This document shows, one piece after another, positions 1 through 17,110 of a stretch of 64,000 nucleotides of DNA. Location: NCBI RefSeq assembly GCF_009914755.1, contig NC_060926.1; one strand, given 5' to 3'. Within the stretch, counting starts at the first letter, position 1; each line of letters begins with the position of its first letter. Under the pieces are notes generated by a model. The model searched no databases. It saw nothing but the letters and a program-made list of their open reading frames with translations, and was not told the DNA's origin. Made by a program: the position numbers and the translations under genes. Source of the DNA: the human T2T-CHM13v2.0 reference genome, Homo sapiens.

Positions 1-2616
<2,616 letters not shown>

Positions 2617-2836
2617 CCCCTGACCCTGACCCCTAACCTTAACCCTAATCCCTAACCCTAACCCCTAACCACAACTCTCACCCTCCCCCTAACCCAACCC
2701 TAACCCCTAATCCCTAACCCCCAACCTCTCTTAACCCCTAACTCTAAATGTTGACTCCTAACCCCTAACTCTGACCCCAACCCCTATCTCCAACCCCTAA
2801 CCCTAAACTTAACCCCTAACACCAACCTTAACCCTA
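2617..2836 (+). repeat. Degenerate interstitial telomeric repeat, (CCCTAA)n on + strand with variant units
   Basis: Tandem ccctaa/cccctaa/ccctga/cccaa units over ~220 bp, with non-telomeric sequence on both sides. Confidence 0.95.
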
Positions 2837-3553
2837 GGTTCGTTACTACGTTTGTATTGACTATGTCAATGTTGATTATTATGATCGCTGTCTTAGGACT
2901 GCACGGCAGCGAGGGGATTGTGGATCTTATATTAATGTTTTTGTGTCGAGGCAGTGCATTAGCACTACAGGTGCTTGTTACATGAGCAAGGGGGGTGTCA
3001 TATTTTGAGTGTCATGTCTGCATTAGGAATGCTGCATTTGTCTTCCGAGGCTGCGGTGTGGATCTCGCACTGCGGCCGCCTCACCTTGGCTGGGGAGAAC
3101 CTCGGTGGGCAGGATTCAGAGGGGCTTTTGGTTTCCCGTTTTCCACACTGAACCCTTCTAACTGGTCTCTGACCCTGATTATTCAGGGCTGCAAACAGGA
3201 AGGATTTTATTCACCGTCGATGCGGCCCCGAGTTGTCCCAAAGCGAGGCAGTGCCCCCAAGGTCCGTGCTGAGGAGAACGCTGCTCTGCCTTCGCGTTGT
3301 CCCCCTGGTCTGTGCTGAGCAGAACGCAGCTCCGCCCTCGCGGTGCCCCTGGCCCGCCCGGGTCTGTGCCAAGGAGAACACTGCTCCGCCTTCGCTGTAT
3401 CTCCCAAGTCTGTGCACAGGAGAACTCAGCTCCGCCCTCGCGATGCTCTCCGAGTCTGTGCTGAGCACAACGCAGCTCCGCCCTCGCAAAGGCACAGCGC
3501 GGGCGCAGGCGCGGGGCGGTGCACAGCGCGGGCGCAGGCGCCGAGAGGCGCAC
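2837..3553. repeat. TAR1 telomere-associated repeat, including ~46-bp and 29-bp tandem units
   Basis: Lies directly proximal to the CCCTAA array. Five units beginning (g/a)gtc(c/t)gtgc...aac at 3261, 3307, 3361, 3407 and 3453 (mostly 46-bp period). Two 29-bp units gcacagcgcgggcgcaggcgc... at 3492-3520 and 3521-3549. Typical of human subtelomeric TAR1. Confidence 0.9.
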
Positions 3554-3600
3554 GGGAGACCTCAGGCCCAGACTCCACTCCCCAGCTGTGAAAGGGTAAG
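3210..3600. promoter_or_regulatory. CpG-rich TAR1 promoter-like element (TERRA-promoter type repeats) ending in a + strand splice donor
   Basis: High CpG density in the 46-bp and 29-bp repeats; AGG|GTAAGA donor at 3595/3596. Promoter activity is inferred from known subtelomeric TAR1 CpG islands and is not shown here. Confidence 0.55.
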
Positions 3601-6600
3601 AATTGAGGGTGGCTGAGGCTCGGGGTTGTTCAGGGCGGGGTGGGCTCTGGACCCAGCAGGCCCGGCACCCAGGTCAGGGATCCAGGGGAGGCCAGGTGGG
3701 GCGAAGGCCAAGAAGGGGCCGGGGCTGGTCAGGAAGGGCTCCTGGTGACCAGAGCGCTTTGCGTGAGCCAGCGTGGGAGGAAGGTGGGCTGGATGAGCCA
3801 GGGAGGCGCCGGGAGGGGCCTTGGCAGAGGCGACCCCCTCCGTCAGCCCCCAGGCCACTGAACCCTGGGTAGCAAGAACCGGCAGGGGAGGCTGCAGACG
3901 GAGGAGTGGAGGCTCCTTGGCTTTGGGGGCTCTGAGTAGAAGCATCTAGGGGGTCCCTCAAGAGGCCCCCAAATGCTGCCCCATGGTGAGAAGACAGGGA
4001 GAGGCCCTGCAGGGACCCCCCCCGGGTTACAAAGGGCTGCCACTGTGAGAAGGCAACGCTGCTGGCAGGGGCTGGGCTTTCTACCTCACCAAGCCTCTTC
4101 CCACCCAAAGAGCCCAGAGAGGGGCAGCTGCCCCCCCAGCGGGCACAGCACCTCCTCCCTGTGTGATGGGGTGGGGCCCACAGTCTCCTTTCTCGCGGCC
4201 TGCCTGGGCTGACCCTGGGTCCCAGCTCGGCCATGGGGCTTCGGCATGTAAAGCCCTTGGGGGGCAGAGCCTCCCACCCCCGCCAGCTTCTGGCTCTCTG
4301 TGTCGCCCCCAGCACTGGACTGGTGCCTTGGAGGGAGGCCCCGCTCTCCTCCACATCAACCCGCTGAGGAGTTCTGTCTTCCCAGGGTTGTGAGAGAAAT
4401 CAGCTCTGCAGGCCTATGTCCAAGTCTAGGCGCCGCCTCCTCCAGGGAGCCTTCCAGACCTGATCTGTGTGGCAGAGGCCCAGAAGGACCTGGGTGTGGG
4501 GATCCTAGAGGGAGGCGGGGGACCCAGCGTGAGGAGAGAGGGTCCCAGTGCTTCCTCCTGCGTGAGGGTCACCCATCTGACTCCGGCTGCACAGAGCCAC
4601 TCCCTCTAAGCGCTCCTGCTCTCTGCCTTCCTGCATTAGCTTTGGCCTGTACCCGGCCCAGCAAACCCCTGCTCATCTTTCAGACCCAAGTTCAAGGCCT
4701 CCTCCCACTCCGGGTGGCTCATCACCTGGCCTCCCCAGGCAGAGAGGCTAGGCTCCTGCTCACTGGGGCGTCTCCCTTGCCCACTGGCGCGGGACTACAA
4801 GGAAAGGGGTTGACCCCCACCCTCCCCCGCCACGCCCAGGAGGATGCAGACACAACTGGGAAGGTGCTAGAGGCCCCGGGGGGAGGCTGGGCCAGCACCA
4901 GGCATTGGGGGGCAGGTTCCCGTCTCTATACCCCAGCCCCAGGCGGACAGCACGTGCCCCTCCCGCTGCCCCACCTCTCACCCACCTGCTGGCCCCGGGC
5001 TGTCTCTGCTCCTGGCTCCCCTCCCAGCTGCGTCCCCAGCTGCCTCTCCAGGGAGGAGTGACAGCTGGCCTGTGCCACACCCTCGAGCCCCCCCCCCCCC
5101 GGACTACCCCCTCCCTGGGGCAGGACCCCTGCCTGTGGCACAACCAAGGGGCCTGCTGATGGGGGCTCATGTGAGCAGTGCCCCAGCTGTGGGTGTGGGT
5201 GCTGCCAGCTGCCACCGCCTTTGCCCTGGTTTCCCAGATAGACCCCGACCCACACTCCGAAGCTGTATCATGAACGCTGTGGTGGGCGGCTGGTGGGGAG
5301 CGGGGTTGCCGTCCCACTACCCTCTGGAAACCTCAGCCATGAAGGGCCCCTGTGGGCACCTTTTCCCGGCACACGGTGCTGTGTCTCTCCACTCTTGGGC
5401 TCTGCAGTGACTTGAGGGGTCAAGTCTATGATCCCACGGGAGGCTGGGCTAATGAGGGGACCAGAGACCTCAGTGCTGTGCAGGGAGTCCCGAACCACCC
5501 TGGTGGAAGGCCCTGCCCAACTCCCCAGTCCTCCCGCCAGCTCCCTGTGGTGTCCAGGAGACCTGTGGTCAGGCCTGGAGGAGAAGCTCCTCCTCCCCTC
5601 GACATCCTCCCTGCAGCCCTTGCTCTTCACCAGAGCCTCCTGACTCCCCAGGACCCCAGAGAGGACCGACCCTCTCCAGCCGACCTCTGGGCTCAGGACA
5701 GCTGGGTGGGGCAGCCACAGGAGCTGCCTGTAGGGAGCAGAGTCAGGACGGGGACCGAGCTGGACACCCATTCTGGAAGTGTCTGCACTTCCAGGCAGGG
5801 GAAGGACGGCAGTGGGTAGCTGGGAGTGCTGGGCCGAAGATGGGCATTGTCAGGCCCTCAGTGGGGACTGGGAGGTAGAGGTGGGGAGGTCTGTGGAGGA
5901 AGGAGAAGAAGGGCCAGTGTCCCGAGTCGGGGGTGGTTGGCAGTGGACGAGGCCGACAGGAACAGACCTGAGCTTGGGGAGCTCCACTCAGAACGAGGCA
6001 TCCTTCAGGGTTCTGTGCATACTGGTGTCCCTGGCTGGGGGCCAGGCCCCGAAGTGGAGCCTGGGACTGTGAGGGTGGGGGTGTGTGCTGGGGTGGGAGG
6101 TGGATGGAGCCCCCCCGTAACCGCCTGGCCGCTTGGGCTGAACCTTGGACTTCGGAGCCAGAACAGACATAGGAAATGGCCTAATTGCATTTGCGCAGGA
6201 ACACCAAATCCCTCGCAGCTGCACGGGGCTGAGCCGGGGCCACAGGCAGGGTCGGCCATCCCAGAGTCCTGACAGCTCCGTGGTGCATGCCAAGGGGCCT
6301 GGGCCGCTGGCCGGGGGGCGCCTTTCCCAGGCCAGAGGCCCCCACCCCACCCCAGGAGAGCTGCCCCCCTTTCAGTTCCCAGAACGGAGCCCAGCTGTGG
6401 AATAGTGATGCGGTGAGGTCATGGGGAGGGGGCCCGCATGACTCATATCCTGGGGGAGGGGAAAGGGAGGAGACGGAGAAGGGGCCCAGAGGCCTCCACG
6501 TTCTCAGCTCTGCTGGGTCAGAGGCCAGGGGCTGGCGGGGCTTCTCCCCAGCACTGGGTTTTAGGGGAGACACCAGGAGATGCTTACTCTGCATCCCCAC

Positions 6601-7530
6601 TCTGTCCCCCAGGCCCCTAGCCAGGGAGAGCTCAGTCAGAGTGATCCTCCAGGGGCCCAGCTCTGCATGGATGATGTTCCCAGAGTACACACCTGGGCCT
6701 CGTGCCAGGGCCGGCACCGCCGTTGTCGGGGCCATGGCAAGGCAAACAGTCAATGTTTGCCTCACTAAAGTGAGGCTGCAGCACCCTGAAGGGATCCCTG
6801 GAGGGGGACGTGGTCCCCTTGTTCCCAAGCCTGTCTGCACATGCACATGGATGTCAAGGGTTCCCGTGTGTGAGCACGTGCATATTTGTATGAGCATGGG
6901 GTGCAGGCATGTGTGCCTGTGTGGCCGGAGCGTGGGCTCGTGGAGAATGTGTGTGAGTTGGGTGTGCACCTGCATGTGCCCCAGGCCTAGGGAGTCCCGC
7001 GCCCGGCCACACTCCATGTGTTGGGCATGAGCTGTGAGCAGAGTGAGGGCCTTTATGGGGCTGTTGGGGCCCGGACTCGTTGCCCTTAGGGGTGGACCTA
7101 AGGAAACGTGTGCACACGGGCTTCTGGGGTCTCTGTGCCAATGTGTGCTTCCAAGCCACGCCCCCCCTATGGCTTGGTGGAGGGGGTCTGTGGAGCTGGA
7201 GTGAGGGCCCTGGACCCATTGGAAGCCCAGGTCCAAGGAGGAGCTTGGGCTCCATCTCATGCCCCAGGCCCAAGGACACACACCCCAGCTGAGACCTTGC
7301 TCACATGGAGGGGCTGGGACATGGGAACATGGGGAGCAACATGGCCAGGCTTCTCCTCCGTGGAACCCCTCCACCTCCTCAATACTCTGCCCCAGCTCTG
7401 CGCCGCCCTCCATTTGGAGGGGCTGGATCGTGAGTGGGAGCGTGAGTGAGCATGAGGGCCCCTGCACCCCAGGCTCTGCCTCCCCATGTGGAACGAGGCC
7501 CAGCAGCCCCCAGCCACGCGGCTACTACTG

Positions 7531-7725
7531 CATTCAATCAGTGCCCCTCCATCTAACAAATACTCCCTCATATAATCAGTACTCCTCCATCCAATCAATA
7601 TTCCTTCATCAACACCTTTCTATACAACCAATAGTCCTCCATCTAATCAATGCTCCTCCATCCAACCAATACTCTGCAATTTAACCACTGTCCCTCCATC
7701 CATTCAATGTCCCTCCATCCATCCC
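7531..7725 (+). repeat. Degenerate 19-bp minisatellite (~10 units, consensus ~catccaatcaatactcctc)
   Basis: Units start at 7531, 7550, 7569, 7588 and onward with a 19-bp period. Confidence 0.8.
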
Positions 7726-8005
7726 ATGGTCCCCCAGCCCTACCCCATGAGCAGCATGGAGGCAGACCCACATCTGTCTTGTGCGCCATCATCTCCCTGA
7801 TGCTCTTCAGGAAAGGGAGGTGTCTCACAATTGCATTGAATGGAGGAAGGCACATCTTTCCAGTGATCCCCACTCTAGGGCTGCATTGGGAAATCGCTCC
7901 CAGGGAAAACACAAACACAAAGCAGAGGGTTGTCCAGTGTGACCCTCTGATGTGACCACGGTGGCTGTCCACTAAGGTAATCCTGATGCTTTTCCTCCTC
8001 TGCAG

Positions 8006-8588
8006 ACTGCTGGCCAGACCCCCAAGCTAGCCCGCCAGGCCTCCATAGAGCTGCCCAGCATGACTGCGTCCAGTACCAAGAGTTGGTGGGAGACGGGTGA
8101 GGTACAGGCTCAGTCTGCGGCCAAGACTCCGTCCTGCAAGGTAAGGTCCCCTCCAGGGGCAAGGCTGGGCTGCAGAGCCAGCACCGGGGAGTTTAGTAGC
8201 AGGCCAGGTTTCCTTGTTAAGACAAGCGTGGGACTGTCCAGGATGAATGTGGGCAGACAGAACCCTGAGGTATTGCAGTAGGGTTGGGTTCACCCTTGCT
8301 GGTGTAGAAGGCTGTGTTGTCCGAGTGGAGGTGGATGGCACCTTTATTCCTTTCCCTGCTTCTTCCACTGGGATCGCACAGAAAAAGTTTTGGTAGGCAG
8401 ATCCCAGGCCCCCTGGCCAGGTAAGGCAAGGCAGGAGAGAAGGGCCCAGGGCTTCTACTCCCCAAGATCCAGGGGTCTGCCCTTGTGACATACCCTTCTG
8501 CTGCCCCCAGGATATTGTGGCTGGAGACATGAGCAAGAAAAGCCTCTGGGAGCAGAAGGGAGGCTCCAAGACCTCATCAACAATTAAG
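8006..8588 (+). pseudogene. LSP1: Unprocessed partial LSP1 copy (LSP1P type): two C-terminal exons, 8006-8140 and 8511-8588
   Basis: ctgcag|ACT... encodes TAGQTPKLARQASIELPSMTASSTKSWWETGEVQAQSAAKTPSCK|gtaagg (135 nt). ccccag|GAT... encodes DIVAGDMSKKSLWEQKGGSKTSSTIK|gtagag (78 nt). Both match the LSP1 C-terminal region with canonical AG/GT. Upstream coding exons and the following exon were not found. Confidence 0.93.
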
Positions 8589-8676
8589 GTAGAGCCTAAA
8601 TGTGGTTGGTGCAGGCAGGAAATATTAACTCATTTCATTGTCACACGAAACCAGAAGACATAAAACAGTTAAAATA

Positions 8677-9000
8677 GGCCAGGCACAGTGGCTCACACCT
8701 GTAATCCCAGCACTTTGGGAGGCCGAGGCGGGTGGATCACGAGGTCAGGAGGAGACCATCCTGGCCAACGTGGTGAAACTCGGTCTATACTAAAAATACA
8801 AAAAAAAAAAAAAAAAATTAGCCGAGCGTAGGGGCACATGCCTGTAATTCCAGCTACTTGGGAGGCTGAGGCAGGAGAATCACTTGAACCAGCAAGTTGG
8901 AAGTTGCAGTGAGCCGAGCTCACACCCTGCACTCCAGCCTGGCGACAGAGGGAGACTCAGTCTCAAAAAACAAACACACAAGCAAATAAAAAAAACAAAA
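8677..9000 (+). mobile_element. Alu (AluS-like)
   Basis: Full dimeric Alu, ggccaggcacagtggctcac... to A-rich tail. Confidence 0.9.
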
Positions 9001-9528
9001 CAACTTGACACACTTAGAAAATGAAGGTTTGTGCTATTAGTTTTCTTTTATTTTAGAAAAACAAAGCATTGTTTAAATATTTCTTACAAGTACAAATATA
9101 ATTTAAATTTAATAAATGTTCAAAAATATCTGTAATTGAGTTTCATTCAGCAGACATATGTCTAATAGAGAACTTGCTAAGTAAGATATAAAGGATGATT
9201 ACATGAAAAAATCACAAAATTGTCAGTAAGAGTCTTAAAAGTCAGTGATAGGACAGTAGTTAAAAGATATCAAATAGTTATTTATTCTTAAACATTAAAC
9301 AGGATATTAATAGTTTTAATAATCTTGAAGTTTGACAACACTGTAAAAACATTACAGACCACTTTTATTTATGAAAATACGTGCAAATAGCAAACACCAG
9401 TTGGGCTTAAGGCTGCTACTTACTTACCCAGTAAGTGACAAAGCTGGAATTCAAACCAGGTTTGAGCTATACCACTACTACCCTTGAAAAGGTTTCATTA
9501 CACTCAGCTTTCCTTAATTTCTTAAACT

Positions 9529-10946
<1,418 letters not shown>

Positions 10947-11984
10947 TAACTGAGCTTATTTATCTCTTCCCCAGCTTGAGTCTGGGTCCTACTGTCTTGG
11001 TCAGAGTATTTTACTATATTGACCTGGACAATTCTGCCATCATGAACCATATTCCAAACCTAAATATGTAAGAACATAGAAAGATTATTTTAGCAGGAGA
11101 ATTTTAACACACACACACACTTTATTCTGAAAATTTAGCAACAAAATGAAAGGTGAGTTGTGGTAGTTGATGTATCAACAAATAGAAAGAAGAAAGCCTG
11201 TAATCTGTTTCAGAATGCTATTTCTGGGGCTGGTAACATCAAAAATAATCAAATTAAGTGTTAACTTGCTGACTCGTAAGATTTTCTCTAATTTAGAATT
11301 GGAGAACATATATACTCCTATTACCACTTTCCATCTTTCTCAAATATAGTTTTTATAGTTTTCTGTTGGCTTCATCATCGTATTGAAAGATTATTAATCA
11401 CTTACATATATGTAGTTTTCTGTTAAGTCCTGTTCAGTATATTACAAAATTTTGATCTGTGTATGTAATATCAATTAATAAGATGGTGTTAGTTAAATCA
11501 GATTACGTGTTCATTCATTAAGTCATTGTTAACACTTCACAGAATATAAATCGTGTTCCATGAGTATGAATTTCTCTCTGAATTCCACATAATTGTCTTA
11601 AAATTATGCACCATTTATCGTTAAGAGTGAAAGATTATGTGTCATTTATTGTAGTGGTAGAAGAAAATAAAACCAAAACAGAATCCAATCCAAAAGCTTA
11701 GGTTTTTGTTGCTACTACAGTAATTACATCTTCATATACTAAGGACAGCACATTATTACTGTCCAAGAATGGTGCCTCGGACAACTGGTTGCTTACACTG
11801 TTTTCAGAGATGAAATAGGAACATAAGCAGGAAGATTTTTGTCTAAATATGAAGCAAGAAAGGCTTAAATGTCTTTATTCAGGGGATTAGGCATCATAAG
11901 TTTTTTTTTTTTAGAGAAATTGTTTTCATGATATTTCCTATCTCCTTTTGTCACTTTGCTTTTGTCGGTAAATTTTACAACTAA

Positions 11985-14150
11985 ATGAGGATTACCAGGC
12001 ATAAAAAGCAGCAGACAATCATGATGCAAACTGAAAATAATCAATCAAAACTGACCCAGAACTTAAATAGATGTTAAAATTAGCAGAGGAGGACATTAAA
12101 ACTGTTTTTATACATGTATCTCATATAATCAAAACATTAAATAGAGACATGGGAGATAAACAAGAAAAGCCAAAATCAAACTTTCAAAGACAAAAACATT
12201 TGAGATGAAAATTACATTGGATGAACTAAAGCAGATTAGAAACTGCAGAAGAAAAGATTAGCAAACTTGAAGATACAAGAACAGACACTAGCTAAAGTAC
12301 AAAAAGAAAAAAAAATCTTAAAAAGTGATTTTTAAAAAGCATCAGTGAGCAGTCAGGCAACTTCAAATGGCCTAATAATATGCAGGTAACTGGAGTTCCC
12401 AAAGGAGAAAAAAAAGAAAGAGAAAAAAATACTTGAAGAAACAACTGCTGAAAATGTTCTAGCCATAAGAAGACCTATTAACTCACGGATCCAAGAAACT
12501 CAGCAAACCCCAAGCACAAGAAACATGAAGAAAATTACACTAAGGGATAACATAATCAAATTGTTCAAAATCAAGGAAACATTATTAATAGCAGGTGTAT
12601 AAAAAGACATGTTACCTATAGAAGAACAAAGATAAGAACAACATCAGATTTCTTTTGAGAAACAATGCAAGTGAGAAGACAGCGGTACATCTCTAAAGTT
12701 CTAGAAGAAAAAAGGCCAACTAGAATTCTATGCCTGGCAAAAATATCTTTCAAAAATGAAGGTGAAATAAAGACACACCAGAAACATAAATAATGAAATA
12801 ATTCATCACCAGGAGACCTTCACTGCAAGAAATGTTAAAGGATATTCTTCAGAAACAAAATGATGTCAGATGAAAATCTGGATCAATACTAAGGAATAAA
12901 GAGCACCAAAGTGGTAACTATATGAGCAAACATCTTTTAAATTTTTTATTATTTAAATCTCTAAGAGATACATGTTTAATAAAAAAACAGCAAAATATTA
13001 CAGAGTTTATGACATATGTAAAAGTCAAATGCATGGCAGCAATAGCACAAAGTGCAGGAGGGAGGAAAAGAAAGTAAATGAAGGAATGCTTTTATTATAG
13101 ATGAAGTGTACAATATTACTTGAAGGTAGACCTCTCTAAATGTGCACTATAATCTTAAAGGAACCACAAAAATAATTTTTAAAAATAGGTAAAAGTAATA
13201 AAAGGAGGCAAACTGGAATCATAATAAATAATATAAGCTGGGCACGGTGGCTCACGCCTGTAATCCCAGCACTTTGGGAGGCCGAGGTAAGCGGATCACA
13301 AGGTCAGGAGATCGAGACCATCTTGGCCAACATGGTGAAACCCCGTCTCTACTAAAAATACAAAAATTAGCTGGGTGTGGTGGTGCACACCTGTAATCCC
13401 AGCTACTCAGGAGACTGAGGCAGGAGAATCGCTTGAACCCAGGAGGCGGAGACTCTAGTGAGCCGAGATAGCGCCACTGCACTCCAGCCTGGCAACAGAG
13501 CGAGACTCTCTCTCAAAAAAAAAATAAATAAAGTAAAAGAATGCAAGAAGACCAGGTGCAATGGCTCACACCTGTAATCCCAGCACTCTGGGTGGCCAAG
13601 GCAGGAGACTCACTTGAGCTCAGGAGTATGAGACCAGCCTGGACAACATAGTGAGACCCCATATATAAAAAAATAAAGTAGCCGGGTATGGTGGTGCACA
13701 ACTGTGGTCTCCACTATTGGGAGGCTGAGGTACATCACTTGAGCCTAGCAGGTCAAGGCTGCAGTAAGGTATGATCACACCACTGCACTCTAGCTTGGGT
13801 GACAGAGCAAGACCCCATCTTGGCAGGTGGGGGATGCAAGAAAAATGCAAGGAACAGATAGAGATAAATAGAAAACATATAAGAAGACAATCATATTAAA
13901 TGTACATGGTCTAAATACCCCCAATTAAAAAGCAGAGGTTTTAGGCCATATACATTTAATGTGATTGTCTTCTTACATGTTTTTATCAGAGAAATAAAAC
14001 TATCGCCTTCAAGAAACACAAGTTAAATACAAAGATGCAAACAGGTTAAAATAAAAGAATGGAATAATATATACCATGCTTACGCTAGTCAAGAGAAAGC
14101 TAGAGTAGAAATACTAATATCAGGCAAAGCATATTTCAGAGTTAAACACA
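11985..14150 (+). mobile_element. Old L1M fragment (ORF1/inter-ORF region) interrupted by two Alus (~13237-13530, ~13549-13820)
   Basis: A-rich, decayed L1 ORF1-like text (ctagaattctatgcctggcaaaaatatctttcaaaaatgaaggtgaaataaagac) plus Alu consensus inserts. Confidence 0.8.
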
Positions 14151-14408
14151 ACATTTTTCCATTATTTGCAGTCAAAAGTATCGTTAACACTCTCTTTACT
14201 CTGCTCAAAGTTACAGAGTTCTTTTGTATAAACATTAGAACACTTATCACAGCCTGCCTATAATGGAGAATAATTCCATGTTGTATACTATACAACACTC
14301 TTACTAAAGTCCATTAGACAGAAATATGTAGCATTTGAGACACCTTCCAATTATAAAACTCTATGCAAACAAAAATTAACAACGCAGATCTGAGACTATT
14401 ATATTATC

Positions 14409-14890
14409 CTGTGAAGGAGGGTCTGTCTGTCTGCACAGTTGGTCCTAGGCTGGCTTCTGAGGACTTGAATTTCAAGAGGGTTCCCTAACTGGTAATCATG
14501 GTTTACTGTATCTAGACTATGGAAATAATGTGGCTTATCCTGCTATTCTTTTTGTGAGTCTGGAAATTTCACACATGCTAGGCAGAGTACACATATGTGA
14601 CCAGCCAAGATAAAAACTGTGTTTCTTGGGAAGTCACATAGGTTGTTGTATTTTCATTAAGGGGGAAAGAAGGTAGTCTGTGTGATCCTCATGGAAGGCA
14701 CAGCACATAAGGAAGCCGGTACATGGATTTTTCCAGACTCTGTCAGTGTCTTTTGCCATTGAGATCTTTCTACTATATATCCATACTATGTTACAGTAAT
14801 AAATCTTAGCCATTACAACCCTAAGCTGATCCCATGAGTCCTTCTAGCAAATCTCCAAACATGGAGGCAGTCTTGTGGATCCCTGACACA
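14409..14890. mobile_element. Solitary LTR, MER21-like
   Basis: Starts tgtgaagg, ends ...gtcttgtggatccctgacaca, contains aataaa. The end resembles the MER21 terminus; subfamily uncertain. Confidence 0.6.
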
Positions 14891-14944
14891 AATATAGTGT
14901 TGTGATCTCTTAAGGTTTATCCTTCCTCTTAAACTATAAAGAGC

Positions 14945-15855
<911 letters not shown>

Positions 15856-16410
15856 CAGAAGTAGAAGCAAACAACTATAGGGGAAAATGAGGGATACATA
15901 CTTTAAGAATTTTTAAAAATTTACATGGAAAAACACCAGGATTCTATAGAAAATAAAACAGTATTAAATAACATTATTTATAAAATAGATACTAGCAAAT
16001 TACCTTACGTAAAGATTCAAGTCAGTAACTTAAAGGATCTTACATAAAAGTACTTTCCGTTGGTTGGAGGAGAGATTTTTACTATACACTGTTTTTCAAT
16101 TTTTTTAGACAAATTACATTTAAAAGTTTAAATTTGCTTATCTACATTCTTAATGTGAATTGCCACCTTACTATAGGAAGGCTATTTTTGTTCCTGCAGT
16201 CTACAAAAAGAACAAAAATATTAAAAACGTACAACTCTTCTCACAGAACTAAGTTGGTTTTATACAAAGACATCTGGCACAAAATACAATGATATTTCAA
16301 TATAGAATCACAGCAGGGGATGAGGGTGGAGAAGGAAGAGATTACCAGTTCTAAGAGGGGAGACAACAGAAGTATTTTTTTAATGTCTTATTTTAAGAGT
16401 AAAACACCTG

Positions 16411-17110
<700 letters not shown>

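Noticed and set aside
2617-2836. True chromosome terminus
   Set aside because: The array is short, highly degenerate and flanked by L1 on the distal side.
3261-3549. Periodic 46-bp and 29-bp repeats as a CRISPR-like array
   Set aside because: The units are adjacent degenerate tandem copies without unique spacers, there are no cas genes, the DNA is primate, and the sequence matches TAR1.
3562-7700. Many long overlapping ORFs (for example 6181-7467, 428 aa; 4300-5061, 253 aa)
   Set aside because: They occur on both strands in very GC-rich, stop-poor DNA, are Pro/Gly/Ala/Arg-rich and have no recognisable domain or exon structure.
7531-7725. 19-bp periodic array as a repeat-spacer system or coding repeat
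   Set aside because: It is a simple degenerate minisatellite with no spacers and no consistent ORF.
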